This document shows positions 1 to 8,414 of a DNA stretch of 20,435 nt, one piece after another. Numbering within the stretch: the stretch's first letter is position 1; each line of letters opens with the position of its first letter. The DNA is taken from NCBI GenBank assembly GCA_041178085.1, contig JBEGVZ010000032.1, positions 1 through 20,435 on the forward strand, in the 5' to 3' direction. Source of the DNA: Pseudomonadota bacterium (GTDB taxonomy: Bacteria > Bdellovibrionota_B > Oligoflexia > Oligoflexales > RGVZ01). Below the pieces are notes generated by a model. It was not told the DNA's origin. It made no database searches and saw only the letters and a list, made by a program, of their open reading frames with translations. Made by a program: the position numbers and the translations under genes.

Positions 1-100
1 CAGCACTGGGATATCCAACCTGCTGGAAAGTTTCCCCAATCACAGGTATTTTGAGCCAGTTGGAGTTGGCAAGAAATTCCATCGCAGAGAGGGTGGGCGC

Positions 101-808
101 GTGTTCGGAAACCTGTTTGGCAAGAAAAGCGGCAGTCTTGAATCCGGAACAACAATTCGGCCGGACGGGCTTGTTCCCATGGAATCGTTGCCCGCCAATG
201 CTGAAAGCCATCTGCTGGACAACCAACAAGAACTCGATGGGTTGACCATAGATGCCTACGCGTCCCGTCAAGGAATATCCACCGAGCAGGTCTGGGAAAA
301 GCTTCGCCGCGGCCAACTGGTCGGCAGGACCAGCCGGGGGCAGGTTCTGGTTTATGAATCGATCGGTGCAGCTGCCTTGGCCGTTCCGGCTGCCAACCAA
401 AGCACGCGGGCAAGTCAGGATGGTGACCTGCCGCCACTGGAATTTGGCGGCGTCGCCGGACGCGACGGCGGACAAGACCACCATCAACAATCCTTGATGA
501 CGGTGGACGGTGCCGGGGCCATGTCCAATTCGACAGAGCTCGCCCTGCTTCTGGACCACTTGAGCCTGGCCAAAGAAGAAAACCGGGAAATCCTGCGCCT
601 GACGCAAGACACCCTGACCAAACTGTCCGCGATGACTGACGCCGTTGTGCAAATGAAGGATGAAGTCATCAAGTCCAAGGATGTGCAGCTGGCGGACCTG
701 CAAAGGGCCCTGACTGAAAAAGAGCAAAACATCGCGAAATTGCGTCAAGAAAAAGAAGACTTGGAGATGCTCAACCGCACGCTCGGTGAAGCCGCTGGCT
801 TGCCGTGA
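101..808 (+). CDS. Hypothetical protein with N-terminal HTH-like (MerR/excisionase-type) segment and C-terminal coiled coil
   Basis: 235-aa ORF with a GTG start after purine-rich AGAGAGGGTGGG. LTIDAYASRQGISTEQVWEKLRRGQLVGRTSRGQVLV fits a winged-HTH pattern. The C-terminal part (LDHLSLAKEENREILRL...EKEQNIAKLRQEKEDLEML) shows heptad character. Confidence 0.75.
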   Translation: MFGNLFGKKSGSLESGTTIRPDGLVPMESLPANAESHLLDNQQELDGLTIDAYASRQGISTEQVWEKLRRGQLVGRTSRGQVLVYESIGAAALAVPAANQSTRASQDGDLPPLEFGGVAGRDGGQDHHQQSLMTVDGAGAMSNSTELALLLDHLSLAKEENREILRLTQDTLTKLSAMTDAVVQMKDEVIKSKDVQLADLQRALTEKEQNIAKLRQEKEDLEMLNRTLGEAAGLP

Positions 809-896
809 TCCCTACACCGGGCTCCCTCCACAGCACCCTGCAGTGATACACTGAAGTCTGGTTAATTCTGCGATTCCTTAACTTGAAGGAAGTGCC

Positions 897-2132
897 ATGG
901 CCGCGCGGGTCTGCAATCCGTCCGTTAGAGCTGCATTCGGCGCCGTGGCTATTTTCATGCTGAACGCGTCTGCTTTTGCCCAGGAAATACCGGAACACTA
1001 CCAGCCAGCGGGCCCGCTTGGCAGCGGCGGCGCAGGGGTTGCGTCGACCATGGACGACGACGCAGTGTGGAGCAACCCGGCCGGTATCGCCCGGGTGCGC
1101 AAGGCGAGGTCAAAAAGCGGCGCAAGGACCAAAATCCCCAACCTGCTGCTCGGCGCAAACTCGCAGAGCAGGACTTTTTACGGCAACCTGCAGGCTGCCG
1201 GGGGCAGCAACGTCGAGGACGTAGCAGCTAATTCAGAAGGCCTTGGCAGCAAGCCGTTCTGGGTTCGCGCGGCGATGTTTCCGGTGACGATGTTCAGCAT
1301 CACGCCGAAGTCCCCGGCGGCCTTCGGTATCTACATGAACTCCACAACCAGCGCATTCATCTCTGAAGAAGCCCCTGATGACGCCGCAGTCACGGCGATT
1401 TCTGACATCGGGGGCGTGATCACTCTTGGTCAGACCAACATGTCAAACCGGTTATCGACTGCAATCCAGATCCGCCCGGTTTATCGTTACGCACTGGAAA
1501 ACACGATTCCATCAAACGACCTCTCGGACCGGACAGCGGTGCAACGCCACTTCACGCAGCTAGCCAACAAGACCAGCGCAGTGGCGATCGATGCCGGGGC
1601 CTTGTTCACCATCGCGGACTTCTGGTTTCCAACGTTTGGCCTTTCCATCCTGAATGCGCCCCTGGGGTGTAAATCAGACTACTTGAACCCCTTCACGGAA
1701 AAGCGTGAGTCCGTCTGTGGTACCAAGTTCACCGGCGATTTTGGCAGCCCGGATGCGATGTCGATTGTTGACCCTACCGACATTCGTGCGGGCTTCTCGA
1801 TCACCCCGCGCTTCGGACGGGATATTGCGGCGCGCATTTCAGTGGACGCGCACCACATCGTCCTGACCGCTGGCAACAAAAACTACGGACTGCAGGGAAT
1901 CGAACCTGGCAAACTGCTGCATGCAGGTGTCGAGATCTTCTCAGGTTCGCCTTTGACGCCGCCTGATTTCAGTCTGCGCCTGGGCACCAACCAAGGTTTC
2001 TTCACCTACGGGATCGAAGGCCGCTTCAGGTTTCTGGCTTTGTCATTGACATCTTATGGGCAAGACATTTCCGCAAGGACCAGTCGCCGGGAAGACCGGC
2101 GTTACCTGTTAGGCGCCAGCGCTGAATTCTGA
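897..2132 (+). CDS. Outer-membrane beta-barrel protein (FadL/PorV/TraF-like)
   Basis: Signal peptide ending ASAFA|QE. The N-terminal motif GPLGSGGAGVASTMDDDAVWSNPAGIA resembles the RALGMGGAxxAxADDxxAxxxNPAGL hatch motif of this superfamily. Alternating beta-strand pattern, C-terminal Phe (YLLGASAEF) and AAGGAAG SD. Confidence 0.75.
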   Translation: MAARVCNPSVRAAFGAVAIFMLNASAFAQEIPEHYQPAGPLGSGGAGVASTMDDDAVWSNPAGIARVRKARSKSGARTKIPNLLLGANSQSRTFYGNLQAAGGSNVEDVAANSEGLGSKPFWVRAAMFPVTMFSITPKSPAAFGIYMNSTTSAFISEEAPDDAAVTAISDIGGVITLGQTNMSNRLSTAIQIRPVYRYALENTIPSNDLSDRTAVQRHFTQLANKTSAVAIDAGALFTIADFWFPTFGLSILNAPLGCKSDYLNPFTEKRESVCGTKFTGDFGSPDAMSIVDPTDIRAGFSITPRFGRDIAARISVDAHHIVLTAGNKNYGLQGIEPGKLLHAGVEIFSGSPLTPPDFSLRLGTNQGFFTYGIEGRFRFLALSLTSYGQDISARTSRREDRRYLLGASAEF

Positions 2133-2168
2133 GACGAAATGACCTGTATCCTGACCAGGGAGAAAAAA

Positions 2169-3299
2169 GTGGAACAGAGTTTGTTGATGCGTAGCCGGAC
2201 TGCAAGGATCCTCACGACCGGTTGGGCCATTTGGTCGGTCGCTGCCTGCGTAACCACGCCTGACCCCAAGCCGCAAAAAAGCACGACGAAGAACGTGCAG
2301 GTTGCGCCACCAGCTCCCCCGAAGGAGACGCACAGGCCCCCGAACAAGCAGGGGCCGCTGGTGCTTGCACCGGTGCCTGATTCTGCCATCGCGGATTTTG
2401 CCAGCCGCCATGCCATTTCCGTGGCACAGCTGTCTGATGCGGATGAAGCCTTGCTCAAACGCATGCCAAACCAGCCTCAAGCCGGTTCGATGCACGAAGC
2501 CGCCCTGGTGCTCGGCATTGTCAAAGGATTCAATCCAGCCAATATTGACGGCGTCCCCGCCAAGGCTGCAGGCGACGTCGATGCGCCCGCCGTGGCACAA
2601 GTGCCGGATGCCGGAGGACTTGAAAAAGCGGCACTTGCGCGCGGCGTTGACTTGCCGGGTGCACTGGAGGTGAATCCGTTCCTGCAAAGTGCGACCGTCA
2701 CCAGGCTGGTGTTCCTGGCCGCGGATCGCGGCGGCAATTCCGAAGCCTTCACGAAAAGACTGCGTGCAGCACTGAACCGTCAGCTGAATGAATGGAGTTC
2801 CCTGGCAGAGCGTTACAACGCGGGACAAGCCAACAACCTTGCAGCGACTGCAGCACCTGCTGCAGTCACGCCCACGGCTTCCACTCCTGAGGCGCAAGCG
2901 CCCCAGATGCCAGAAGGAAGCGTCAGCGACCTTCACTCAAGTGACGTGATCATCAACGATGCTGCCAAACAGGCAGACGAAGGCCAGTTTGACAAGGCAA
3001 TCACCACACTGAAAAAAGTGAAGGCTGACAGCCCGCTTTCGAAGCTGGCAAAGGATCGTTCGATGGAATACGCGAACATGGCCGTACGTGACTTGCGGCG
3101 GCGTGCTGCCCAAGCATTCTCTGCGGCAGTCCAGGCCAATGACCCCGGCACAAAAGGAAACTACCTGGAGAAAGCCAAGACCCTCCTGGAAGAAGCGCTC
3201 GCCAAATACCAGGATGCCGACCAGTTAGGAACCGTTCGCGACAACCTGACCGTGATCAATCGAGACCTGGAAAGACTGAAAACGTCCCGCAAGCAATAA
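2169..3299 (+). CDS. Putative lipoprotein with C-terminal TPR-like helices
   Basis: Lipobox-like VAAC after a hydrophobic stretch, Pro-rich linker, and TPR-like ADEGQFDKAITTLKKV and YLEKAKTLLEEALAKY. GTG at 2169 follows a GGGAG SD. The ORF track start is ATG 2139. Confidence 0.75.
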   Translation: MEQSLLMRSRTARILTTGWAIWSVAACVTTPDPKPQKSTTKNVQVAPPAPPKETHRPPNKQGPLVLAPVPDSAIADFASRHAISVAQLSDADEALLKRMPNQPQAGSMHEAALVLGIVKGFNPANIDGVPAKAAGDVDAPAVAQVPDAGGLEKAALARGVDLPGALEVNPFLQSATVTRLVFLAADRGGNSEAFTKRLRAALNRQLNEWSSLAERYNAGQANNLAATAAPAAVTPTASTPEAQAPQMPEGSVSDLHSSDVIINDAAKQADEGQFDKAITTLKKVKADSPLSKLAKDRSMEYANMAVRDLRRRAAQAFSAAVQANDPGTKGNYLEKAKTLLEEALAKYQDADQLGTVRDNLTVINRDLERLKTSRKQ

Positions 3300-3302
3300 A
3301 AG

Positions 3303-3328
3303 AAAAGCGCCCCAAGGGGCGCTTTTTT
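3303..3328. terminator. Bidirectional intrinsic terminator between convergent genes
   Basis: AAAAGCGCCC-CAAG-GGGCGCTTTTTT: a perfect GC-rich stem flanked by A and T tracts, between stops at 3299 (+) and 3350 (-). Confidence 0.9.
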
Positions 3329-3349
3329 CATCCACAAAAATGCAACTGT

Positions 3350-3874
3350 TTACTCGTCGTCACCGTCATCCGAATCATCTTCGGCGACGTCATCATCTGC
3401 GACAACGTCTTCACCCTCACCTTCACCATCAACGCGTGTACCCTGACGCAAGCGACTCATCGGGATCGGCACACCAAACTCAATTCCTTCAATTTTTGCG
3501 CCCAGGTCGATGTTCAGGCCGTTCAAGGAACGGACGGCTTCTTCCGGCGTTAAATAAATCGGATACCTGGCCTGATAGTTATAACTCTCGAGCACCTTGC
3601 GCGGTTTGATCATGACGCCCGAGAAAAGAAAAGGAACGCGCATGCGCTTCCAAAGCTGCAACACTTCTTCGATGAATCCAGGGCAAACGTCCTTCTCATC
3701 CTGCAGGTCGAGGACGAGGTAACGGAATTCATGCGCAACAAGCCAGTTGTGGAGTCCGACCGCGAGGTCCTGGCAAGCACTGCAATCCGTAGCATTGTGC
3801 GGGCAGGACTTGTGAACGTTCAGAATCACCGCTTGATTGATCTTCTCAGGAACGAGCTCGAGCATGGTTGCCAA
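3350..3874 (-). CDS. STAS-domain (anti-sigma factor antagonist-like) protein with Cys cluster and acidic tail
   Basis: YLVLDLQDEKDVCPGFIEEVLQLWKRM...FLFSGV...RKVLESYNYQARYPIYLTPEEAVRSL follows the SpoIIAA/RsbV STAS pattern. SD AAGGGGAG. The start is TTG 3874 or ATG 3865. Confidence 0.7.
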   Translation of the reverse strand: MATMLELVPEKINQAVILNVHKSCPHNATDCSACQDLAVGLHNWLVAHEFRYLVLDLQDEKDVCPGFIEEVLQLWKRMRVPFLFSGVMIKPRKVLESYNYQARYPIYLTPEEAVRSLNGLNIDLGAKIEGIEFGVPIPMSRLRQGTRVDGEGEGEDVVADDDVAEDDSDDGDDE

Positions 3875-3946
3875 GATACTCCCCTTGCATAGGACTGTCC
3901 AAAAAGGAACCGAACCCTAATGGATATGCAAGGAGACCGAAACCGG

Positions 3947-4381
3947 TCAACGGTTTTCCGCGGCACCGAACTGGCAGCAGGCATCGACCTGGCCTGCAAT
4001 TGCGTCTTTTTTAAGGTCGACAACCGATTGTAATAACAGATTTTTCTTGATTCTAGCGGCCACTTCCCCGGCAATTTGCGGGATTTGTTTTTCGCTCACC
4101 GTTTCAAACTTTATCTGACTTGTCCTGACCTTGACCCTGGCTTCTCCCAGGAGGGTCAACAAACGGGCGTCCCGCCCGCGGTCCAGGACACCCGAGCCAA
4201 CCAAGGATTTCCCGTCCAGGGTGGTTTCTGCAACCATCGTGACATGCCACGCGAGAACATCGGGACGATCCCGCAGAGGGGCAAGGGCCTTTTCCATCAG
4301 GACACTCCATTGGCATCCGTTGATGTCCCGGGCCCAGTCAAATGCTGGTGCTACCGGCGAAGTATCCCGATTTGTCTTCAT
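3947..4381 (-). CDS. Hypothetical protein
   Basis: Protein-like ORF filling the gap between the STAS gene and lptE. ATG 4381 preferred over the ORF track start 4399. A TACAAT -10-like hexamer lies upstream on the minus strand (4422-4427). No recognisable motif. Confidence 0.55.
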   Translation of the reverse strand: MKTNRDTSPVAPAFDWARDINGCQWSVLMEKALAPLRDRPDVLAWHVTMVAETTLDGKSLVGSGVLDRGRDARLLTLLGEARVKVRTSQIKFETVSEKQIPQIAGEVAARIKKNLLLQSVVDLKKDAIAGQVDACCQFGAAENR

Positions 4382-4472
4382 GGGCCTGAACCCCGGCAAA
4401 AGATTTTTTGGGCTTGCGTCTATTGTACCTCAGCTGGGATGCTGGCGCATGCCTTGCAGCCCGGGGGAACGG

Positions 4473-5129
4473 ATGTCGCAACAACCCAATACCAGCGTAC
4501 CTGCCTCTCTGGCCGGGACGATCCGGTTGCTTGCCGTAATCCCTGTTATTTCTGCTCTTACCGGTTGTGTTTACCGTTTTTCCAACCTGCACGTAAATCC
4601 CCCGCAAGGGATTCGCACGGTTGCTGTCGAAGCCGTCTACGACACCAGCCGCGAAATCCTGCCGCACGAATTGCTCTGGGAGGAATTGCAGCGGGCTATC
4701 GCCTCTGAGGGACACCTGAGGCTTGTGTCCTCCAGCCGGGCCGATGCTCTGTTGCGGGCCAGGATCAAGAGCGCAAGATTTTCGCCCACCGGAACCGTCG
4801 TGCGTCCCCAGCCGATGATCAAGGATCCGCCAGCGATGCAGCCAGGTAATGTGCCGCACAGTTACCGTGATTTTCGTACGTTGACGGAAGCGGCTGAACT
4901 GATGCCTTCCACCAGCGTCGTGGTTGAGGTCGAGTTGCAGCTCTGGCACCTGGCCAACAAGGAGCTATTGTTCGAGCGCACTTACATTCAATCCGAAAGC
5001 TTTCTGTCGGTGCGACCATCGACATCACCCCGCAACAACCACCTTCGTGACGACGAGGCCTTCCGGGCTGACTTCGCCCGAATGTCCCGCAGCATTGCCG
5101 ACCGGTTTATCAGTGACTTGTTAATGTGA
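4473..5129 (+). CDS. lptE: LPS assembly lipoprotein LptE
   Basis: Lipobox LTGC followed by VYRF, then PPQGIRTVAVEAVYDTS, ADALLRARI, ELLFERTY and a C-terminal helix. ATG 4473 follows GGGGGA, giving 218 aa. It is adjacent to lptD. Confidence 0.75.
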   Translation: MSQQPNTSVPASLAGTIRLLAVIPVISALTGCVYRFSNLHVNPPQGIRTVAVEAVYDTSREILPHELLWEELQRAIASEGHLRLVSSSRADALLRARIKSARFSPTGTVVRPQPMIKDPPAMQPGNVPHSYRDFRTLTEAAELMPSTSVVVEVELQLWHLANKELLFERTYIQSESFLSVRPSTSPRNNHLRDDEAFRADFARMSRSIADRFISDLLM

Positions 5130-8100
5130 GAGGCGGGATACAACCGGCGCGGCCATGTTAGGCAGCGACCGCGTCTGCCCCATGAAGGTCACGGCCAACT
5201 GCAGCAGGTAGGAAGCTGAAGACTCTGGCACGTCGTATTCCTTGGTCCTCAAGAAACGGATCCCCCAGCAGCCTGAGGTCGAATCAAAGGAAGCACCAAC
5301 ACGGGTCTCATAGGCCTCAACCACTGCTGCGTTGTCCTTGGAGCGGCGGCCCAACGTTGCAAAGAGGTTGAAGGTCGGGATCAACGTCGTTGCAACCGAC
5401 AATGTGCGGGTCGTCACCAGCCGGTAAATCGACTTTCCATCGGGGTTGATGTCGACCTCCTTGTCCAGCGAATACCCAAAAGAGGCGGTCGTGTTGAATA
5501 GTCCAGGCGGAACAATGGCGACCTTGTTGCGGGTGGTGACACGATCATAGATGTTGTAGCTGGTAGACGAGGAAACACCCCACGCGCCTAGCTGCGTGCT
5601 CAAATCCAAGTAAGGCTCGCTCCATGGACGCGATTCGCGCGTGAGGGATTCTTCTCCCCTTCTCTCGCCCGCCTTGCGGAAATCGTATGTGATGCCACTG
5701 CTGAGTGACAGCAAGTCGCTGTGATCGCGATCCTCATTCCGGTAGCGATTGAAGAACCTGCGCGAACCATCCTTGCTAAACATGTCCTGATATCCCTTGA
5801 GCGGCCGGTCCAGCGCAAACAGGAGCTCCTTGCGCGCAATCTCCTGAAGCTCTGCCACCGGACGTCCGCCCGCCGGCGCCGCGCCGCCTGAGGCCGGCGT
5901 ATCTTGCAGAAGATCAGCGGGGATCAGGCGCCAGCCCCTGGTGAACAGTCGCCAGCGGTGGCTCGTCGTCAACGTCACGGTCTGGTAGGGGCGTAATTGT
6001 TCGTCCTCAGGAAGGTCCATGTCCGTGCTGTCTGTGCGTGGCTGGTCCCGGTCAGACTGAAAATAGGTCGGAACCTGCGTGTCCTGGAGGCTGTCAACCC
6101 CGTATGGGCCGTTGCGCACGACGACGGGTCGCGTAGCAAAGGTGACAGACCAGTTCATCAAGTGCTGCATGATGCGGCGTGAATCCGACAAACCACTGGC
6201 AGGGTCAGGTCGCAGGAAACCCGATGCGTCCATGATGCCATCGATGGGTAACTGAAAACGCAAACCAAGGCGCCAGCTAGACTCCTGGGAAGTCTTATCC
6301 CCGTATGCGGCAGCTGAAATCAATCGCGTCTCGCCATCCAGGAACTGGTCGACCTTGACTGCAGAGCGAGAGCTCACCGGGGCGACAAAACGGGCTTCGA
6401 GGCTTTGCCAGTGACCATCGCCAAGCGAGATCTGGGAGGTCTCTGCAAAACTGTCAGCAGGGCCGTGATCCCGGATCAACAAGTTGCGGTAACGAACGTT
6501 GCCATACAAAGGCACCGGAGAAACATCGGGCGGCAGCAGGTCAAACAAACGGCTCTGAGCCGAAAACGCAAGCGGCAGTTGCTCGCCATCAAAGCGGTTT
6601 GCGGAACGAATGTTGTCTGCATAGCGGCTACCAACGCCGACATAGAAATCACGACCGTCGTGGTGAGCCATGATCCCCGCCCGGTTAAACGCCGGATATG
6701 CCCGGCCGCGAAGGACCGCGGACTGAAAATCATCGGGCAGGTAAAGGTCGTATTCGTAACGGTGATCCGTCTGCAACACCCCAGAGGTCACAATGGATGT
6801 GCGCGGCGTCAAGTATGACAGCCCTTTCCAATTCATGCTGCCACGCCATACGTTCTGCGGAGTCGACAGTTGCCGTCGCAAATCAGCATCGCATGCCGCT
6901 TCCCGGACGGGGTCACCGGACAGACAGTCCTCGTTTACTGAGTTCCAGTAATCCGGCTTTCCCAGTTCAGCCGTGATCGGGCCCTGAGCGGCGACCGGTT
7001 CCGAATCACCCATACCCTTTGTCGCAATTGGATTCTGGCTAGCCGCACGGGCATTGGCCAAACCGGTGGAATATAAACCATAAAGCATCTGGTGCCGTCG
7101 CACGTCACGCAACCAGATCTGGTCGCGCAATCCCTCGATGTTGAGCGACCAGCCGGCATTCTTCCGCGTCTGATGACGCGCTTCAAGCGCAAGCCGGGTT
7201 CCGCGCTTCTCGAACACTTCGGTCGCCACGGTGACGTCAGATTCGCGTCCGAGGTCAAAAAATACCGGCTGGGAAAAGACGCTTCCGGAGATATTGTCGA
7301 AGCTAAAAATCGGCAACAGAAACCCGGACTGCCGCGTATCCTTGATCGGCAAGCGCATATACGGCAGGTAAAAAACAGGAACGCCCTTGATTTCGACTAC
7401 CGCATTGCGGAAATCCGCATAGCCACCGATTTGCGCCTCGCTCTTCTGGGCGCGAACCGACCAGGCAGGCGCCTCCCCTGGGTCACACTTGCAGGAAGTG
7501 AACACAGAATCGAGAATCTGGAAGTCGTTGCCATTCTTGCGCTCGATCGTTTCGCCACCGATGCGGAAGAAAGCATTCGACCCGACGGCGCTGAACCTGC
7601 GTTCGAGGTCCTCACGGTTCTTTTCCCAGTAAATTCTGCGCCGCTGGTACATCAATCGGCGGTCATTGCCGAGGCGGGCCAGCGCCGGATTCTCCTGGGC
7701 TCGTAACAGATCCTCCTGCTCAAGTAGAATCGCGTAGCGGTCGACCAGATCATTGGAAAGGGGTTCTCCCGCTGCCGCCGCAAGACGCGAGGCCTCACGC
7801 AACTTGGCACGTTCCGCTGTAATGGCACTGAGTCGTTGCTGGCGAGCCAGCTCGTAGTCAATCTCTGCCTTTGAAAACCCGAGTATGGCGTGTGAAACAC
7901 TGGTTGCCTGCTCAGGGTCATTGGCAGTCATCTGCGCGCCATCGAGGCGGAAATCCCCTGTGCTCACAAAGAAACGGAGGCGCTCACCCGTAAATACCTG
8001 CTGGCTACTGATGACAACAATGTGACCTTCGGCCTCAATCACACCTGCCGACTGGTCAAACGCAATCTTGTCCGCAGAGACGATGTTACCTGCACCCAAT

Positions 8101-8414
8101 GAAATCACATCGCCTTCAAAGATTTGCTGGCGACCATCACGTGTGAAGCTGGACGTACGTGCGTCAAAGAAAAGTTCTGGAACTTCCTTGAAGGGGCCCG
8201 TCACGCGCGAGATTTCGTCACTACCCTGGGCCAGGGATGTCTTTTCAAGACCCAGAAGGACCAGAGCTGAGAGCACCAGTGACATCGCGCATCGATAGGC
8301 AACGCAACAATGCTGCCGCCTGCGCCACCTGCCGCACGGGGATGGATGCATCGTGGCATGAACCCAGCGCCTCGAGCCGGTCTTTGGTAACTTTGTCTTC
8401 GATGAGTCTGCCAA
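5121..8414 (-). CDS. lptD: LPS assembly protein LptD (enlarged)
   Basis: OstA-like jellyroll (FEGDV, SADKIAFDQSAGVIEAEGHI), FTSCKCDPGEAPAWSVRA, NAVVEIKGVPVFYLPY, RQSGFLLP and C-terminal SGCWG. The start is uncertain: TTG 8414 (GGAG SD), ATG 8351 or ATG 8285. Confidence 0.88.
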   Translation of the reverse strand: MADSSKTKLPKTGSRRWVHATMHPSPCGRWRRRQHCCVAYRCAMSLVLSALVLLGLEKTSLAQGSDEISRVTGPFKEVPELFFDARTSSFTRDGRQQIFEGDVISLGAGNIVSADKIAFDQSAGVIEAEGHIVVISSQQVFTGERLRFFVSTGDFRLDGAQMTANDPEQATSVSHAILGFSKAEIDYELARQQRLSAITAERAKLREASRLAAAAGEPLSNDLVDRYAILLEQEDLLRAQENPALARLGNDRRLMYQRRRIYWEKNREDLERRFSAVGSNAFFRIGGETIERKNGNDFQILDSVFTSCKCDPGEAPAWSVRAQKSEAQIGGYADFRNAVVEIKGVPVFYLPYMRLPIKDTRQSGFLLPIFSFDNISGSVFSQPVFFDLGRESDVTVATEVFEKRGTRLALEARHQTRKNAGWSLNIEGLRDQIWLRDVRRHQMLYGLYSTGLANARAASQNPIATKGMGDSEPVAAQGPITAELGKPDYWNSVNEDCLSGDPVREAACDADLRRQLSTPQNVWRGSMNWKGLSYLTPRTSIVTSGVLQTDHRYEYDLYLPDDFQSAVLRGRAYPAFNRAGIMAHHDGRDFYVGVGSRYADNIRSANRFDGEQLPLAFSAQSRLFDLLPPDVSPVPLYGNVRYRNLLIRDHGPADSFAETSQISLGDGHWQSLEARFVAPVSSRSAVKVDQFLDGETRLISAAAYGDKTSQESSWRLGLRFQLPIDGIMDASGFLRPDPASGLSDSRRIMQHLMNWSVTFATRPVVVRNGPYGVDSLQDTQVPTYFQSDRDQPRTDSTDMDLPEDEQLRPYQTVTLTTSHRWRLFTRGWRLIPADLLQDTPASGGAAPAGGRPVAELQEIARKELLFALDRPLKGYQDMFSKDGSRRFFNRYRNEDRDHSDLLSLSSGITYDFRKAGERRGEESLTRESRPWSEPYLDLSTQLGAWGVSSSTSYNIYDRVTTRNKVAIVPPGLFNTTASFGYSLDKEVDINPDGKSIYRLVTTRTLSVATTLIPTFNLFATLGRRSKDNAAVVEAYETRVGASFDSTSGCWGIRFLRTKEYDVPESSASYLLQLAVTFMGQTRSLPNMAAPVVSRLSH

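Noticed and set aside
4131..4472. N-terminal extension of the lptE ORF (332-aa version)
   Set aside because: It places the lipobox about 145 aa from the start and overlaps the minus-strand gene. ATG 4473 gives a normal lipoprotein signal.
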